Shown here in pieces: positions 8,731 through 17,263 of a stretch of 39,037 nt of DNA. The notes under the pieces were generated by a model. The model was not told the origin of the DNA. It saw only the letters and a list, made by a program, of their open reading frames with translations, and did no database searches. A program made the position numbers and the translations under genes. The DNA is from a virus (Duplodnaviria; Caudoviricetes). Numbering within the stretch: position 1 is the stretch's first letter; each line of letters begins with the position of its first letter. The DNA lies in IMG/VR virus record IMGVR_UViG_3300022695_000170, positions 1-39,037 of that record. One strand, written 5' to 3'.

Positions 8731-9179
8731 AAATTTATTTATATTTAGCTATATTAATAATTGTATTCGGGCTTATTTATAGTTATTTCCCGAACATAAA
8801 AATTAAAACTCAATACATTAAAGGCAAAACAGACACTATAACAGTTGTAAAAGATTCAATCATTTATATTAATAAATACATTACTGTTACAGATACATTT
8901 TACGTCAATGCGGCTGGAGAGCACGCATCGGCTCATTTCAATCTCCAAAACTCGGTTACGGGGGTAGTTAATTATGATACCCCCGATTTCTCTTTTCACG
9001 ATGTAAAAATCAGACAAAAAACTATTACAAATTATCTTACGAGAATTGATACTTTTAAAATTACAAAATTCGTTAAAAATAAATTTCACTTAGGTTTTGT
9101 TGGCGGTTACGGGGTTGGAGTACAATCTCAAAAATTAGATTTTTTCTTTGGGGTGGGAGTAAGTTATGACATATTTTAA
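8727..9179 (+). CDS. Lysis-associated membrane protein, possible spanin
   Basis: N-terminal TM anchor, DTITVVKDSII/DTF repeats, C-terminal amphipathic beta-hairpin ending GVGVSYDIF; lies between holin and endolysin. Confidence 0.55.
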   Translation: MKIYLYLAILIIVFGLIYSYFPNIKIKTQYIKGKTDTITVVKDSIIYINKYITVTDTFYVNAAGEHASAHFNLQNSVTGVVNYDTPDFSFHDVKIRQKTITNYLTRIDTFKITKFVKNKFHLGFVGGYGVGVQSQKLDFFFGVGVSYDIF

Positions 9180-9687
9180 AGGATGGTACGAAAAAGCTTT
9201 TAATAAATTATTACGTGACGAAGGTATCTATTCAAATAATCAATTTGATAAAGGCGGTAAAACCATTTACGGAATTACAAAAAAAAATTATCCTGAAACT
9301 TTTGAACAAATTTATTTTTTATACAACGCAGGTAAAATTGATGATGCACTTTTTAAAGCAAAAGAATTTTATCTGAAATATTGGAATGATCTTTATAACG
9401 AACTTAATTATCAACTCGCCGAGAAAATATTTAATCTTTCTGTGAACATCGGAAAGGGTAGAGCTGTCAAGATCCTGCAAAAAACTTTGAATGTTTACTA
9501 TAATTTAAATTTAGAAATCGATGGCATCTTCGGACAAAAAACCCTCAAAGAAATCTTATCAAATTTTCAACCTGGAGTTCGTGCTTGTTACATTTTTGAA
9601 CTTCTAAAATACCACAATTCAATCATTGAGAATAGCCCTACTCAAAAGAAGTTTCAAATTGGCTGGTTTGTTCGTGATGTAAGTTAA
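9166..9687 (+). CDS. Endolysin, glycoside hydrolase family 108, with peptidoglycan-binding domain
   Basis: EGIYSN..FDKGGKTIYGIT catalytic motif; AVKILQKTL...IDGIFGQKT; C-terminal F..GW..R. Confidence 0.88.
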   Translation: MTYFKGWYEKAFNKLLRDEGIYSNNQFDKGGKTIYGITKKNYPETFEQIYFLYNAGKIDDALFKAKEFYLKYWNDLYNELNYQLAEKIFNLSVNIGKGRAVKILQKTLNVYYNLNLEIDGIFGQKTLKEILSNFQPGVRACYIFELLKYHNSIIENSPTQKKFQIGWFVRDVS

Positions 9688-9690
9688 TTT

Positions 9691-9716
9691 TATCTCTTTA
9701 AAAAACAACAACTTAC
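9691..9716 (+). repeat. 26-bp element, copy 1 (perfect inverted partner at 18941-18966)
   Basis: tatctctttaaaaaacaacaacttac is the exact reverse complement of 18941-18966. Confidence 0.93.
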
Positions 9717-9755
9717 GTGAATATATAATTTTTTCTTAATTTTGTTTGTCAATTA

Positions 9756-9787
9756 TTTGTTTTTTAATAAATAATTTATTATCTTTG
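9756..9787 (+). promoter_or_regulatory. Putative rightward early promoter, Bacteroidota/FCB type
   Basis: TTTG (9756-9759), 20-nt spacer, TATCTTTG (9780-9787), matching the -33/-7 TTTG...TAnnTTTG consensus. Confidence 0.55.
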
Positions 9788-9824
9788 TCATAAACAAATT
9801 CCAAAAATAAAATTAGAGAAAAAA

Positions 9825-10022
9825 ATGACATCAAAAGAAATAATTATTAAGCTTCATCAATTAAATCTAAAACAAACTTCACTTGCCGGTATCTTTAAAA
9901 AATCCGAACCTCACATCTGGCGAGCAATTCACACAACTTATTATCCAACTCTTAGACAAAAAATCGAGAACTATATTATAAAAAAAGAGAATTCATTAAA
10001 AAATAAGGAGGCTACAAAATGA
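9825..10022 (+). CDS. Small Cro-like HTH protein
   Basis: 65 aa; LKQTSLAGIFKKSEPHIWRAI HTH pattern; first gene after the promoter. Confidence 0.6.
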   Translation: MTSKEIIIKLHQLNLKQTSLAGIFKKSEPHIWRAIHTTYYPTLRQKIENYIIKKENSLKNKEATK

Positions 10023-10384
10023 AGTCAACTCAAATAAGAAATGAGTCCTATTTTCAACTTCGTAAGAAACGTGCAGATGTTTCGCAAGAAAAAAGAGCGC
10101 TTGAGTATATGTATGGGACAAGTGTAACGAATCATTCACTTGCAAGAGCATTACATATTCCTATTACATCAGCAACAAGGCTCACCTGCGGACTTAGAAA
10201 AAAAACTTGGCTGTTCGATATGGATAAACGGATAAATGTTGAGACAGGCGTTCCGAACACAGTAATGGGACTTACACCGGCAGGGATGAGGGTTGCGCAA
10301 GATATTCTTTACGAAGAAGCTAAAAAGAAAGAACTTCATCCTATTTTCCAGGATATTTTAGTTTCATTCACGGGAGATAAATGA
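10019..10384 (+). CDS. Winged-helix DNA-binding protein
   Basis: TNHSLARALHIPITSATRLTCGLRKK HTH followed by a wing-like segment (NVETGVPNTVMGLT). Confidence 0.6.
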   Translation: MKSTQIRNESYFQLRKKRADVSQEKRALEYMYGTSVTNHSLARALHIPITSATRLTCGLRKKTWLFDMDKRINVETGVPNTVMGLTPAGMRVAQDILYEEAKKKELHPIFQDILVSFTGDK

Positions 10385-10638
10385 AAAGTTTAACTTTATT
10401 TTGGCTGATTCTTCTCTCGTTAGGTGTTGTAATTTCCTGGATGTTACCTTTTGCGAGAGATATTTATAGAAGATATAAAAATGAGAGATAATTTAATTTT
10501 AAATTGTTTTTCTTATCAAGAGACGACTACAATTCAGCTTAAAAAAGGCAAAAAATTTGTAGTTGTAAACGGCAAAAGTAAATATTTTTTATTGTTAATA
10601 TTTAAAGCAATTATTTTATTAATCTTGAAGAGATAGAA

Positions 10639-11160
10639 ATGGATACGACAACATTAAGAAAGCAACTATTATCTTTACAAAATACCGAAACAAATATTTT
10701 GATAAGATATGTAAATGAAGAAACCGGCGAAATTGACCCCGAAGCTTTTAAAAAATTAGAGCATATCGGTAAGACAAAAAATGAAATTATCGCCAGTGCA
10801 ACTGAAAGTTTCCACTCATTTTTAGAACTTGCAGATTTAATTAATAAAAAACTTTCACGGCTTAGAGAATTAGAAAAAATTTACAAAACAACTGCCGAAT
10901 CAATTAAAAAAATACTCTCTCAATACGTCCCCGAAGGCGAAAAAATTTACACTCAAGATTTTATGATAAATTGGCGAAAATCTTCTATACTCATAGAAAG
11001 TGAATTTTTTGACATTGAGGATATAGAAAAGACTTATCCTCAGTTTGTTGAAATTAAAAAGAGATTGAAAAAAGCAGATGTTAAAAACTTTGCAAAAAAA
11101 GGGGGTAAATTACCGGATGGGTTGGCAATAGTTGAAAAACAGAATATTCAAATAAAATGA
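10639..11160 (+). CDS. Siphovirus Gp157-like protein
   Basis: EETGEID N-terminus, coiled coil, WRKS, and C-terminal K.ADVK...K.G.LPDG.AIVEKQNIQIK pattern; precedes the recombinase. Confidence 0.7.
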   Translation: MDTTTLRKQLLSLQNTETNILIRYVNEETGEIDPEAFKKLEHIGKTKNEIIASATESFHSFLELADLINKKLSRLRELEKIYKTTAESIKKILSQYVPEGEKIYTQDFMINWRKSSILIESEFFDIEDIEKTYPQFVEIKKRLKKADVKNFAKKGGKLPDGLAIVEKQNIQIK

Positions 11161-11169
11161 GAGGTTTAA

Positions 11170-11340
11170 ATGGATTTACTAACAGTATTGGAAAAAGAAG
11201 AAATTAGAAAACAAGAATTAGAAGAATTCCTCAAAGAACAATCAATGATTGAAATTTTAGAATATCTTCCCGATGAACGCTTTGAAGAACTAAAAAAAGA
11301 TTTAATCGAGGAAATTATTCAAGAAGAATATTTAATTTAA
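11170..11340 (+). CDS. Small acidic hypothetical protein (56 aa)
   Basis: Absent from the ORF track; GAGG RBS; MDLLTVLEKEEIRKQELEEFLKEQSMIEILEYLPDERFEELKKDLIEEIIQEEYLI. Confidence 0.6.
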   Translation: MDLLTVLEKEEIRKQELEEFLKEQSMIEILEYLPDERFEELKKDLIEEIIQEEYLI

Positions 11341-11354
11341 ATAAGGAGATTGAA

Positions 11355-12362
11355 ATGAGTAAGATTGAAACAAATAAGCAAACAAACGAAAACGTAACAA
11401 ATATTGGAAATACTTCTTTACAAAAATCTATTCCAGGATCTTTCAAAGAACCGAAACGGAATGATACAATTCTAATGTATAATAATGCTTCAGAACTAAT
11501 TATCACAGATGAAGAACAAGTCAAACTTCAAGAACCCATTGATGATGACGATATTGAGATCCGCCCCGATGGACTTATTTATTGCCCTCAAGTTTTTGTG
11601 CGAGATAGATTAAATAAATCTTTGGGAATCGGACAATGGGCATTAATACAACATAAAATAATCAAAGACTCTGAAACAAATTATATTTTTTTTGATGGCT
11701 CTTTATTTATTAGGGGTAAATTTGTCGCAAGGGCAATGGGGGAGCAGAAATTTCATTTTAATAATCCGATGCAATCCTGGGCAAGTGCTTACGAATCTGC
11801 AAAATCTGACTGTCTTGTAAGATGTTGCAAAGATTTAGGCATTGCTAAAGAATTGTGGCAACCAAAATTTACTCGTGAATGGATTAAAAAATATGCGGTT
11901 AAAGTTTATGTACAAGATAAAAAAACTCTTAAAATCAAAACTTCGTGGCGAAGAAAAGATCAAGACCCTTTTTGGAATGAAACCGGCATTGTAAAAACTC
12001 AACAAAAATCTACTCAAGTAAAAAGCAGAAATTTCACTGAAGAAGCAGCTCAATGCAAAACTATTGAAGAATTAAAAAAATGGTGGGATTCACTTACTCC
12101 ACAGGAACATATTTTAGCCGTAGGCGTGAAAAAAGAAAGGAAAGAAGAATTATCAGAAAGAGAACCGGCAAAAGAAGAACCGGCAAAAGACAAATTAATT
12201 GATAGAATTAGAAAAGTTAAAACTATTGAAGAAATTAAAAATTTAGAAAGTGAGGTTGATAAAATTGAAGATACAGATAAAAAATTACTTCATATTAACG
12301 CTTTGAAAAAACAAATCATAGATAATAAACTTGATTATCAATTAGATATTTTGCCGTTTTGA
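11355..12362 (+). CDS. Rad52-superfamily single-strand annealing protein, Mgm101-like
   Basis: DIEIRPDGLIYCPQVFVRDRLNKSLGIGQWAL and ESAKSDCLVRCCKDLGIAKELWQPKF.REW match Mgm101 motifs; ends in an SSB-like DILPF tail. Confidence 0.82.
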   Translation: MSKIETNKQTNENVTNIGNTSLQKSIPGSFKEPKRNDTILMYNNASELIITDEEQVKLQEPIDDDDIEIRPDGLIYCPQVFVRDRLNKSLGIGQWALIQHKIIKDSETNYIFFDGSLFIRGKFVARAMGEQKFHFNNPMQSWASAYESAKSDCLVRCCKDLGIAKELWQPKFTREWIKKYAVKVYVQDKKTLKIKTSWRRKDQDPFWNETGIVKTQQKSTQVKSRNFTEEAAQCKTIEELKKWWDSLTPQEHILAVGVKKERKEELSEREPAKEEPAKDKLIDRIRKVKTIEEIKNLESEVDKIEDTDKKLLHINALKKQIIDNKLDYQLDILPF

Positions 12363-12772
12363 AATTACATTTAAAAAAAATATTCAAAGACGGCTTCTAT
12401 TTGACGCCTATTAATATTGAATCTTTAGAGTATCTCAAAGGAATGTCTAATGATGTTTATGAAGTTGAAATTAAAAAAACTCGAAATTATAAATTTCATA
12501 AAAAATTTTATGCTCTAATTAAAGTTGGATTCCAAAATACTAAATTAGACATTCCTTTTGATGTTTATCGAAAACTCAAAATTATGGCAGCAGGATATTT
12601 CAAAGCTTATAACACCGGCAAAGGGATTTATTACGAAGCCGACAGCATTTCATTTGCCAATATGGATGAAGATCAATTTCAAGAAGTTTATAGCCGGGTC
12701 CTGGACAAAATCATCGAAGAAATAGGCATAACAAAAGAAATTATTGAAAAAGAATTATTAGGTTTTTTATAA
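12359..12772 (+). CDS. DUF1367/NinB-like recombination accessory protein
   Basis: RNYKFHKKFYAL and SISFANMDEDQFQEVY..VLD motifs. Confidence 0.75.
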   Translation: MKLHLKKIFKDGFYLTPINIESLEYLKGMSNDVYEVEIKKTRNYKFHKKFYALIKVGFQNTKLDIPFDVYRKLKIMAAGYFKAYNTGKGIYYEADSISFANMDEDQFQEVYSRVLDKIIEEIGITKEIIEKELLGFL

Positions 12773-12785
12773 AAGGAGAAACAAA

Positions 12786-13205
12786 ATGGGAAAAGATAAG
12801 AACATATTAGATGAATTAAGAAACTCAACAAGTAATATAGAATATGACAAACTTGTCAATAGATTGAATGCTATTGAAAAAACAAGGATAGATGATGCAA
12901 AATTTTTACAAATTATGATAAATTTAGCCCCAGATGTTGCCGACAAAGCAATTGAGATAATAAATAAACACGGATTAAATAAAGCGCTGGCGATGGTTTC
13001 AAATCATACAATTGGTAAGGTTAATAAAATAAAAAGAGCAGAAATAATAATATTATCAGGATTTATAAATCATTCAATTTTTGTAGCAGATAAGTTTATT
13101 AAAAAAGTCGAAATCGGAAAGGCAAGAAGTACAGAAACTTATAAAGATTTAAAAGAAATAAAAGAAGAAGCTAAGTTTTTGAAAAAACGGTTAAATTTTT
13201 TATGA
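12786..13205 (+). CDS. Hypothetical protein
   Basis: AAGGAG RBS, 139 aa, in operon. Confidence 0.65.
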   Translation: MGKDKNILDELRNSTSNIEYDKLVNRLNAIEKTRIDDAKFLQIMINLAPDVADKAIEIINKHGLNKALAMVSNHTIGKVNKIKRAEIIILSGFINHSIFVADKFIKKVEIGKARSTETYKDLKEIKEEAKFLKKRLNFL

Positions 13206-13387
13206 AAAAATTAAGATTTAGGATTTACTATCACTGGGATCTTGTCGTCAAAGACAACGAGATAAAGCAGATAATTGATAAATTTCTATTAAAAAATATC
13301 GGTAATAAAAACAAAGATGTGTACTATATGATTGAGGATATTAGGCAAACTTCAAAAGAAAAAGATGAATTTTTTTGGAAAAAATAA
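13202..13387 (+). CDS. Hypothetical protein
   Basis: ATGA overlap; its 3' end is duplicated at 14067. Confidence 0.55.
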   Translation: MKKLRFRIYYHWDLVVKDNEIKQIIDKFLLKNIGNKNKDVYYMIEDIRQTSKEKDEFFWKK

Positions 13388-13391
13388 AAAA
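13345..13391 (+). repeat. 47-bp direct repeat, copy 1
   Basis: gcaaacttcaaaagaaaaagatgaatttttttggaaaaaataaaaaa is identical to 14067-14113. Confidence 0.92.
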
Positions 13392-13405
13392 CATTGAATT
13401 TTAAT

Positions 13406-13434
13406 TTGCATATTGATATTAGTTTTAGTATATT
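13406..13434 (+). promoter_or_regulatory. Putative sigma70-like promoter
   Basis: TTGCAT-N17-TATATT upstream of 13458. Confidence 0.5.
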
Positions 13435-13457
13435 AAATTAATAAAAGGAAAACAAAA

Positions 13458-13646
13458 ATGGAAATAAGTAAAAAGCTATTAGAAGAATTATATCATAACA
13501 ATTCTAACAAATATGTTTGTAAAAAATTAGGCATATCTCATACTACACTTGACGCTCTCATCGTTCAAGCTGGAATAAAAAAGAAAGGGAAAGGGAATCG
13601 AATAACAAATAGGAAAAAAGTTAATCTGAAGGGAGATTTATTATGA
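13458..13646 (+). CDS. Small HTH protein
   Basis: SNKYVCKKLGISHTTLDALI HTH pattern. Confidence 0.6.
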   Translation: MEISKKLLEELYHNNSNKYVCKKLGISHTTLDALIVQAGIKKKGKGNRITNRKKVNLKGDLL

Positions 13647-14014
13647 CTGTAGGATTTGGTAATACTGAAATAAAAACCGCAATAAAAATTATTGAAGAAT
13701 GTGTTGCAAAAAAGAATAAAAACAAAAAACTATTTGAACAAAAAATTAAAAAAATTAAAAAGAAATATGATAATCTTGCTGAGGAATATAAAAATAAAAA
13801 CGCTAATGAAGCACCTGAAAGATATTCATATTTCTGGTTTTCATTATATGGAATATATGATGGATACTTCATTACATTCTTGTTTCATCACATAAACAGA
13901 AGGCATCCATTTTCGGAAGATGGCTGGGCTTTGTTAAGAACTTATTGGATTGCTGAGATAGAATTTGAAGATGATTCAGATGATGCAGAAATACGTATTT
14001 ATAAATCGGTTTAA
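13643..14014 (+). CDS. Hypothetical protein
   Basis: GGGAG RBS, ATGA overlap, 123 aa. Confidence 0.6.
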   Translation: MTVGFGNTEIKTAIKIIEECVAKKNKNKKLFEQKIKKIKKKYDNLAEEYKNKNANEAPERYSYFWFSLYGIYDGYFITFLFHHINRRHPFSEDGWALLRTYWIAEIEFEDDSDDAEIRIYKSV

Positions 14015-14066
14015 CTATTAATTATACGACAGAAGGAAAAAAGATGTTTAAAAAAGAAGATATAAA

Positions 14067-14113
14067 GCAAACTTCAAAAGAAAAAGATGAATTTTTTTGG
14101 AAAAAATAAAAAA
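14067..14113 (+). repeat. 47-bp direct repeat, copy 2
   Basis: Identical to 13345-13391. Confidence 0.92.
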
Positions 14114-14199
14114 ATAATTTTGTATCAATCAAAATAATTAGTATATTATAGATGCAGAAATTAACAAAACAAAACATTATGAATCCAAAATTAAATATT

Positions 14200-14276
14200 A
14201 GCCGAAATTATAAATCTTTTGTGAGTCCCTGTTTTGTACTCGCTACTGCGGAGATTTATGTTTCGGCTTCTTTTTT
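14200..14276 (+). ncRNA. Structured leader RNA / attenuator (C4-antisense-like architecture)
   Basis: Outer stem agccgaaa(t)tataaatct / agatttatgtttcggct, inner hairpin gtgagt...actcgc, then a U-tract directly before the HNH RBS. Confidence 0.55.
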
Positions 14277-14287
14277 GGAGGCTTAAA

Positions 14288-15043
14288 ATGACTACTAAAC
14301 GTAAAAGCATATCAAAAAAAATAAGATTTGAAGTTTTCAAACGAGATTCTTTCACTTGTCAATATTGTGGAAGAAAATCACCGGATATTATTTTAGAAAT
14401 TGATCATATAAAGCCAATTTCAAAAAGCGGTAAAAATGATATGATGAATCTCATTACATCTTGTTTCGAATGTAATCGTGGGAAAGGCGCAAAGAAACTT
14501 ACCGATTCTACTGAAGTTTCAAAGAAAATGGAACAGGCTCATTTATTACAGGAACGCCGTGAGCAATTAAAAATGGCACTTGAATGGCAAGAAAAATTAT
14601 TTGAGATTGAAAACGAAACTGCTGAAAAAATAAAGAAATATTTTGAAAATAAAACAGGAGCAAAAATAACAGAAATCGGTTTTTTTATTCTCAAACAATT
14701 ATTATCTAAATATGATTTTAATGAGGTTATAAATGCTATTAATATTGCTATTAAAACATATCCTAATATACAAACGGCATTTAATAAAATACGTGGCGTT
14801 TGTTATATGAAGAAGCTTGAAATGGCTAATCCAGATTTAGGAAAATTATATTATATTCGGGGTATTCTGAGAAAAAGATTTTATTATTGCAACGACAGAT
14901 TGGCAATAATAATTTTAAAAAATGCTTACAAAAATGGTTTATCAATTGAAACATTAGAACAAATTGCATTAGATTCAGATAATTGGGATGAATGGAAAGA
15001 GATATTAGAGGAAATGATTGAAGAGGCTTATATTGGCTCTTAG
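14288..15043 (+). CDS. HNH endonuclease with helical C-terminal domain
   Basis: RFEVFKRDSFTCQYCG...EIDHIKP...NLITSCFECNRGK; the GGAGG RBS supports the ATG at 14288. Confidence 0.88.
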   Translation: MTTKRKSISKKIRFEVFKRDSFTCQYCGRKSPDIILEIDHIKPISKSGKNDMMNLITSCFECNRGKGAKKLTDSTEVSKKMEQAHLLQERREQLKMALEWQEKLFEIENETAEKIKKYFENKTGAKITEIGFFILKQLLSKYDFNEVINAINIAIKTYPNIQTAFNKIRGVCYMKKLEMANPDLGKLYYIRGILRKRFYYCNDRLAIIILKNAYKNGLSIETLEQIALDSDNWDEWKEILEEMIEEAYIGS

Positions 15044-15881
15044 AAATCAACCATATTTTCCTTTGTATGTTCAGGATTATTTAACTGATGAAAAATTGAA
15101 TATGTGTTCTGCATCTTCTCAAGGTGTTTATATCAAAATAATGTGTATAATGCATAAATCAAAAAATTATGGTACTATTTTGCTTAAGCAAAAAGATAAG
15201 CAATCAATCAACCAAACTAAAAATTTTGTTTCTAAATTAGTTAAACTACTCCCTTTTGACTATGATACTATCTATAATGCTTTAATTGAATTAATAGAAG
15301 AGGAAGTTTTATATATTGAAGAAGATAATTTATGTCAAAAAAGGATGATAAAAGACAATAATTTAAGTTTAATTAGGTCAAATGCAGGGAAAAAAGGAGG
15401 AAATCCTAATTTAAAAAAACATAATTTGCTTAAGCAAAAAGATAAGCAAATTACTGAAGATGAAAATGACATTGAAGATGAAGTTGATTATGAAAATGAA
15501 GTTATTAATAAAAAAGGTGTAAAGACAGATTTCCCATATCAAGAAGTTTTAGACACCTGGAATTATTTTGCTGAAAGATATAATTTATCAAAAGTTACTA
15601 AACTAACAGAAAGCAGAAAAAAGAAAATCCGGCAAAGATTAAAAAATAATGATTTTAATATTATCGAGATTTTACGTAAGGTAGAAACACAAAGTTTTTT
15701 ATTAGGCGAAAATAAAAATGGATGGGTAATCACATTTGATTTTATTATAAAAAATGAAGATAATTACATAAAAATATTAGAGGAAAAATATGGAACACAT
15801 AAGCAAAACAATAACGGATTTACAGCAAAGGAATGGAGAGAATTATCCGAATCAATCGCAAATGACGACAGATACATTTAG
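15018..15881 (+). CDS. Replication initiator (DUF1376/YdaU-like N-terminus)
   Basis: PYFPLYVQDYL...GVYIKIMCIM, then QKRM...RSNAGKKGGNP, acidic linker, and a C-terminal FLLGENKNGW..TFDFI...NYIKILE.KY domain; internal iterons. Confidence 0.8.
   Translation: MKRLILALRNQPYFPLYVQDYLTDEKLNMCSASSQGVYIKIMCIMHKSKNYGTILLKQKDKQSINQTKNFVSKLVKLLPFDYDTIYNALIELIEEEVLYIEEDNLCQKRMIKDNNLSLIRSNAGKKGGNPNLKKHNLLKQKDKQITEDENDIEDEVDYENEVINKKGVKTDFPYQEVLDTWNYFAERYNLSKVTKLTESRKKKIRQRLKNNDFNIIEILRKVETQSFLLGENKNGWVITFDFIIKNEDNYIKILEEKYGTHKQNNNGFTAKEWRELSESIANDDRYI
15179..15449. repeat. Two 25-bp iteron-like repeats (15179-15203 and 15425-15449), likely replication origin
   Basis: tttgcttaagcaaaaagataagcaa twice, each containing the palindrome TTTGCTTAAGCAAA. 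Confidence 0.7.
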
Positions 15882-16281
15882 CCAAATATCTTTGTATCAA
15901 AAATCAATACCGACAAAAGCCGGGATTGTACGAGGAATTGAAAGGATTAAAAAAGCTTTCCCTAAATTTCCGCAAATTATGTTAGATATTTTGAAAGATA
16001 GATTTGCGGATAATAAATTTTCAGATAGAAAAATAATAGATGCTGTCAATTATGTGATTGATAATTACGGCGGATGGGATAAACTACCGAACATCGCAGA
16101 ATTTATTCAATACGACAAAAAAATTAGAATTTATACTTATGAGGAAGCAACAAATAAAGCAACTGTATTGAGTCCAATGAGTTCTCTTTTTGATATAGTT
16201 GATTTAGGGCTTGGAAAACCGGTGTGGATAGAAAAAGGGCAAAAAGATTTTTGGAGATTAAAGGGATGGGGGAAAAAATGA
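15790..16281 (+). CDS. Replication accessory protein (possible helicase loader/inhibitor)
   Basis: Overlaps the initiator 3' end; AVNYVIDNY...LPNIAEFI resembles loader-inhibitor motifs. Confidence 0.45.
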   Translation: MEHISKTITDLQQRNGENYPNQSQMTTDTFSQISLYQKSIPTKAGIVRGIERIKKAFPKFPQIMLDILKDRFADNKFSDRKIIDAVNYVIDNYGGWDKLPNIAEFIQYDKKIRIYTYEEATNKATVLSPMSSLFDIVDLGLGKPVWIEKGQKDFWRLKGWGKK

Positions 16282-16478
16282 AAAAGCCAAAACAATTAAA
16301 AGCAGAAGAAATTGATTTAACATCGTTGAGAGATATTTGTCAATCCTATATTGATTTTATTGATAATGATAAAGAATATTGTGAGGATAATGATTACGAC
16401 GAATACATTTTTGAAACAGCGATGAACACAATATTCGGTAAAAAAGTATGGGATTTCATAAATAATAGACAAAAGTAA
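16278..16478 (+). CDS. Small acidic hypothetical protein
   Basis: ATGA overlap at 16278 (MKKPKQL...). Confidence 0.6.
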   Translation: MKKPKQLKAEEIDLTSLRDICQSYIDFIDNDKEYCEDNDYDEYIFETAMNTIFGKKVWDFINNRQK

Positions 16479-16508
16479 TATTTTGGACAATAAAAAAGGA
16501 GAGATAAA

Positions 16509-16796
16509 ATGATAAAAATTGAATTAGATGAAAAGTACTACGAAAAAAAAGAAATTCAAGATGCAAAACACCGTAAAGTATTAAATAAAGCACAACAAAG
16601 AGATGAATATGCAGCGGTAGTTAATTTTAAAAAAAAGATACTTTCAAACATTGATAATGTAGAAATTGATTTTGAAGTTGGATATTGTCACAAAAGACTA
16701 TTTGAAGATGAATTAAATGGAAATGACTATTGGCATCAATGTTATTGGTTTTTAAAAGGGGTAGCTCATTATTACGGTGTTGTTTGTTGGCGATAA
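16509..16796 (+). CDS. Hypothetical protein
   Basis: AAGGAG RBS, 95 aa. Confidence 0.6.
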   Translation: MIKIELDEKYYEKKEIQDAKHRKVLNKAQQRDEYAAVVNFKKKILSNIDNVEIDFEVGYCHKRLFEDELNGNDYWHQCYWFLKGVAHYYGVVCWR

Positions 16797-16836
16797 TTAC
16801 CGCTAACGATTATTAAACGAAACAATAGGGAATAAT

Positions 16837-17199
16837 ATGAGTTTAAAAAAAGAATGTGATTTACTCTGGGCAAAATGTATAAAGAAATTAGCAGATGATA
16901 AAAGTGAGATTTCTGGAAGAACTAAAAATCTGCACGCCCATCATATTGTTGGGAAACCAAATTATCGATTACGATATGAATTGAAAAATGGAATTTGTCT
17001 CACCGCCGGCGAACACTTTTATGGGATCCACAATCAAGGACGACAAAAACAATATGAAGATAAAATCCGGCAAATAAAAGGGGAACATATTTATGAAGAA
17101 CTTAATTTATTGAGACACGTAAAATCTAAGACAGATTTAAAATTAATTAAGATTTATTTGAGAGAAGTGCTTAATGGGATTGAAGTTACAAATAATTAA
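16837..17199 (+). CDS. NinG/Rap-like HNH-fold nuclease
   Basis: LKKECDLLWAKCIK...HAHHIVGK.NYRLRYELKNGICLTAGEH. Confidence 0.75.
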   Translation: MSLKKECDLLWAKCIKKLADDKSEISGRTKNLHAHHIVGKPNYRLRYELKNGICLTAGEHFYGIHNQGRQKQYEDKIRQIKGEHIYEELNLLRHVKSKTDLKLIKIYLREVLNGIEVTNN

Positions 17200-17224
17200 A
17201 AAGGGTGCATAATTTATACACCCC
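17198..17224 (-). terminator. Intrinsic terminator between the convergent early operons
   Basis: GGGTG(C)ATAA-T-TTAT(A)CACCC hairpin; the A-run on + gives a U-tract on -. Confidence 0.55.
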
Positions 17225-17263
17225 ATTGAAAAACAATTATTCGATTTCAATTATCTTTTCATT

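Noticed and set aside
12161-12190. 15-bp tandem repeat agaaccggcaaaaga
   Set aside because: Ordinary slippage duplication in a disordered linker (EPAKE-EPAKD).
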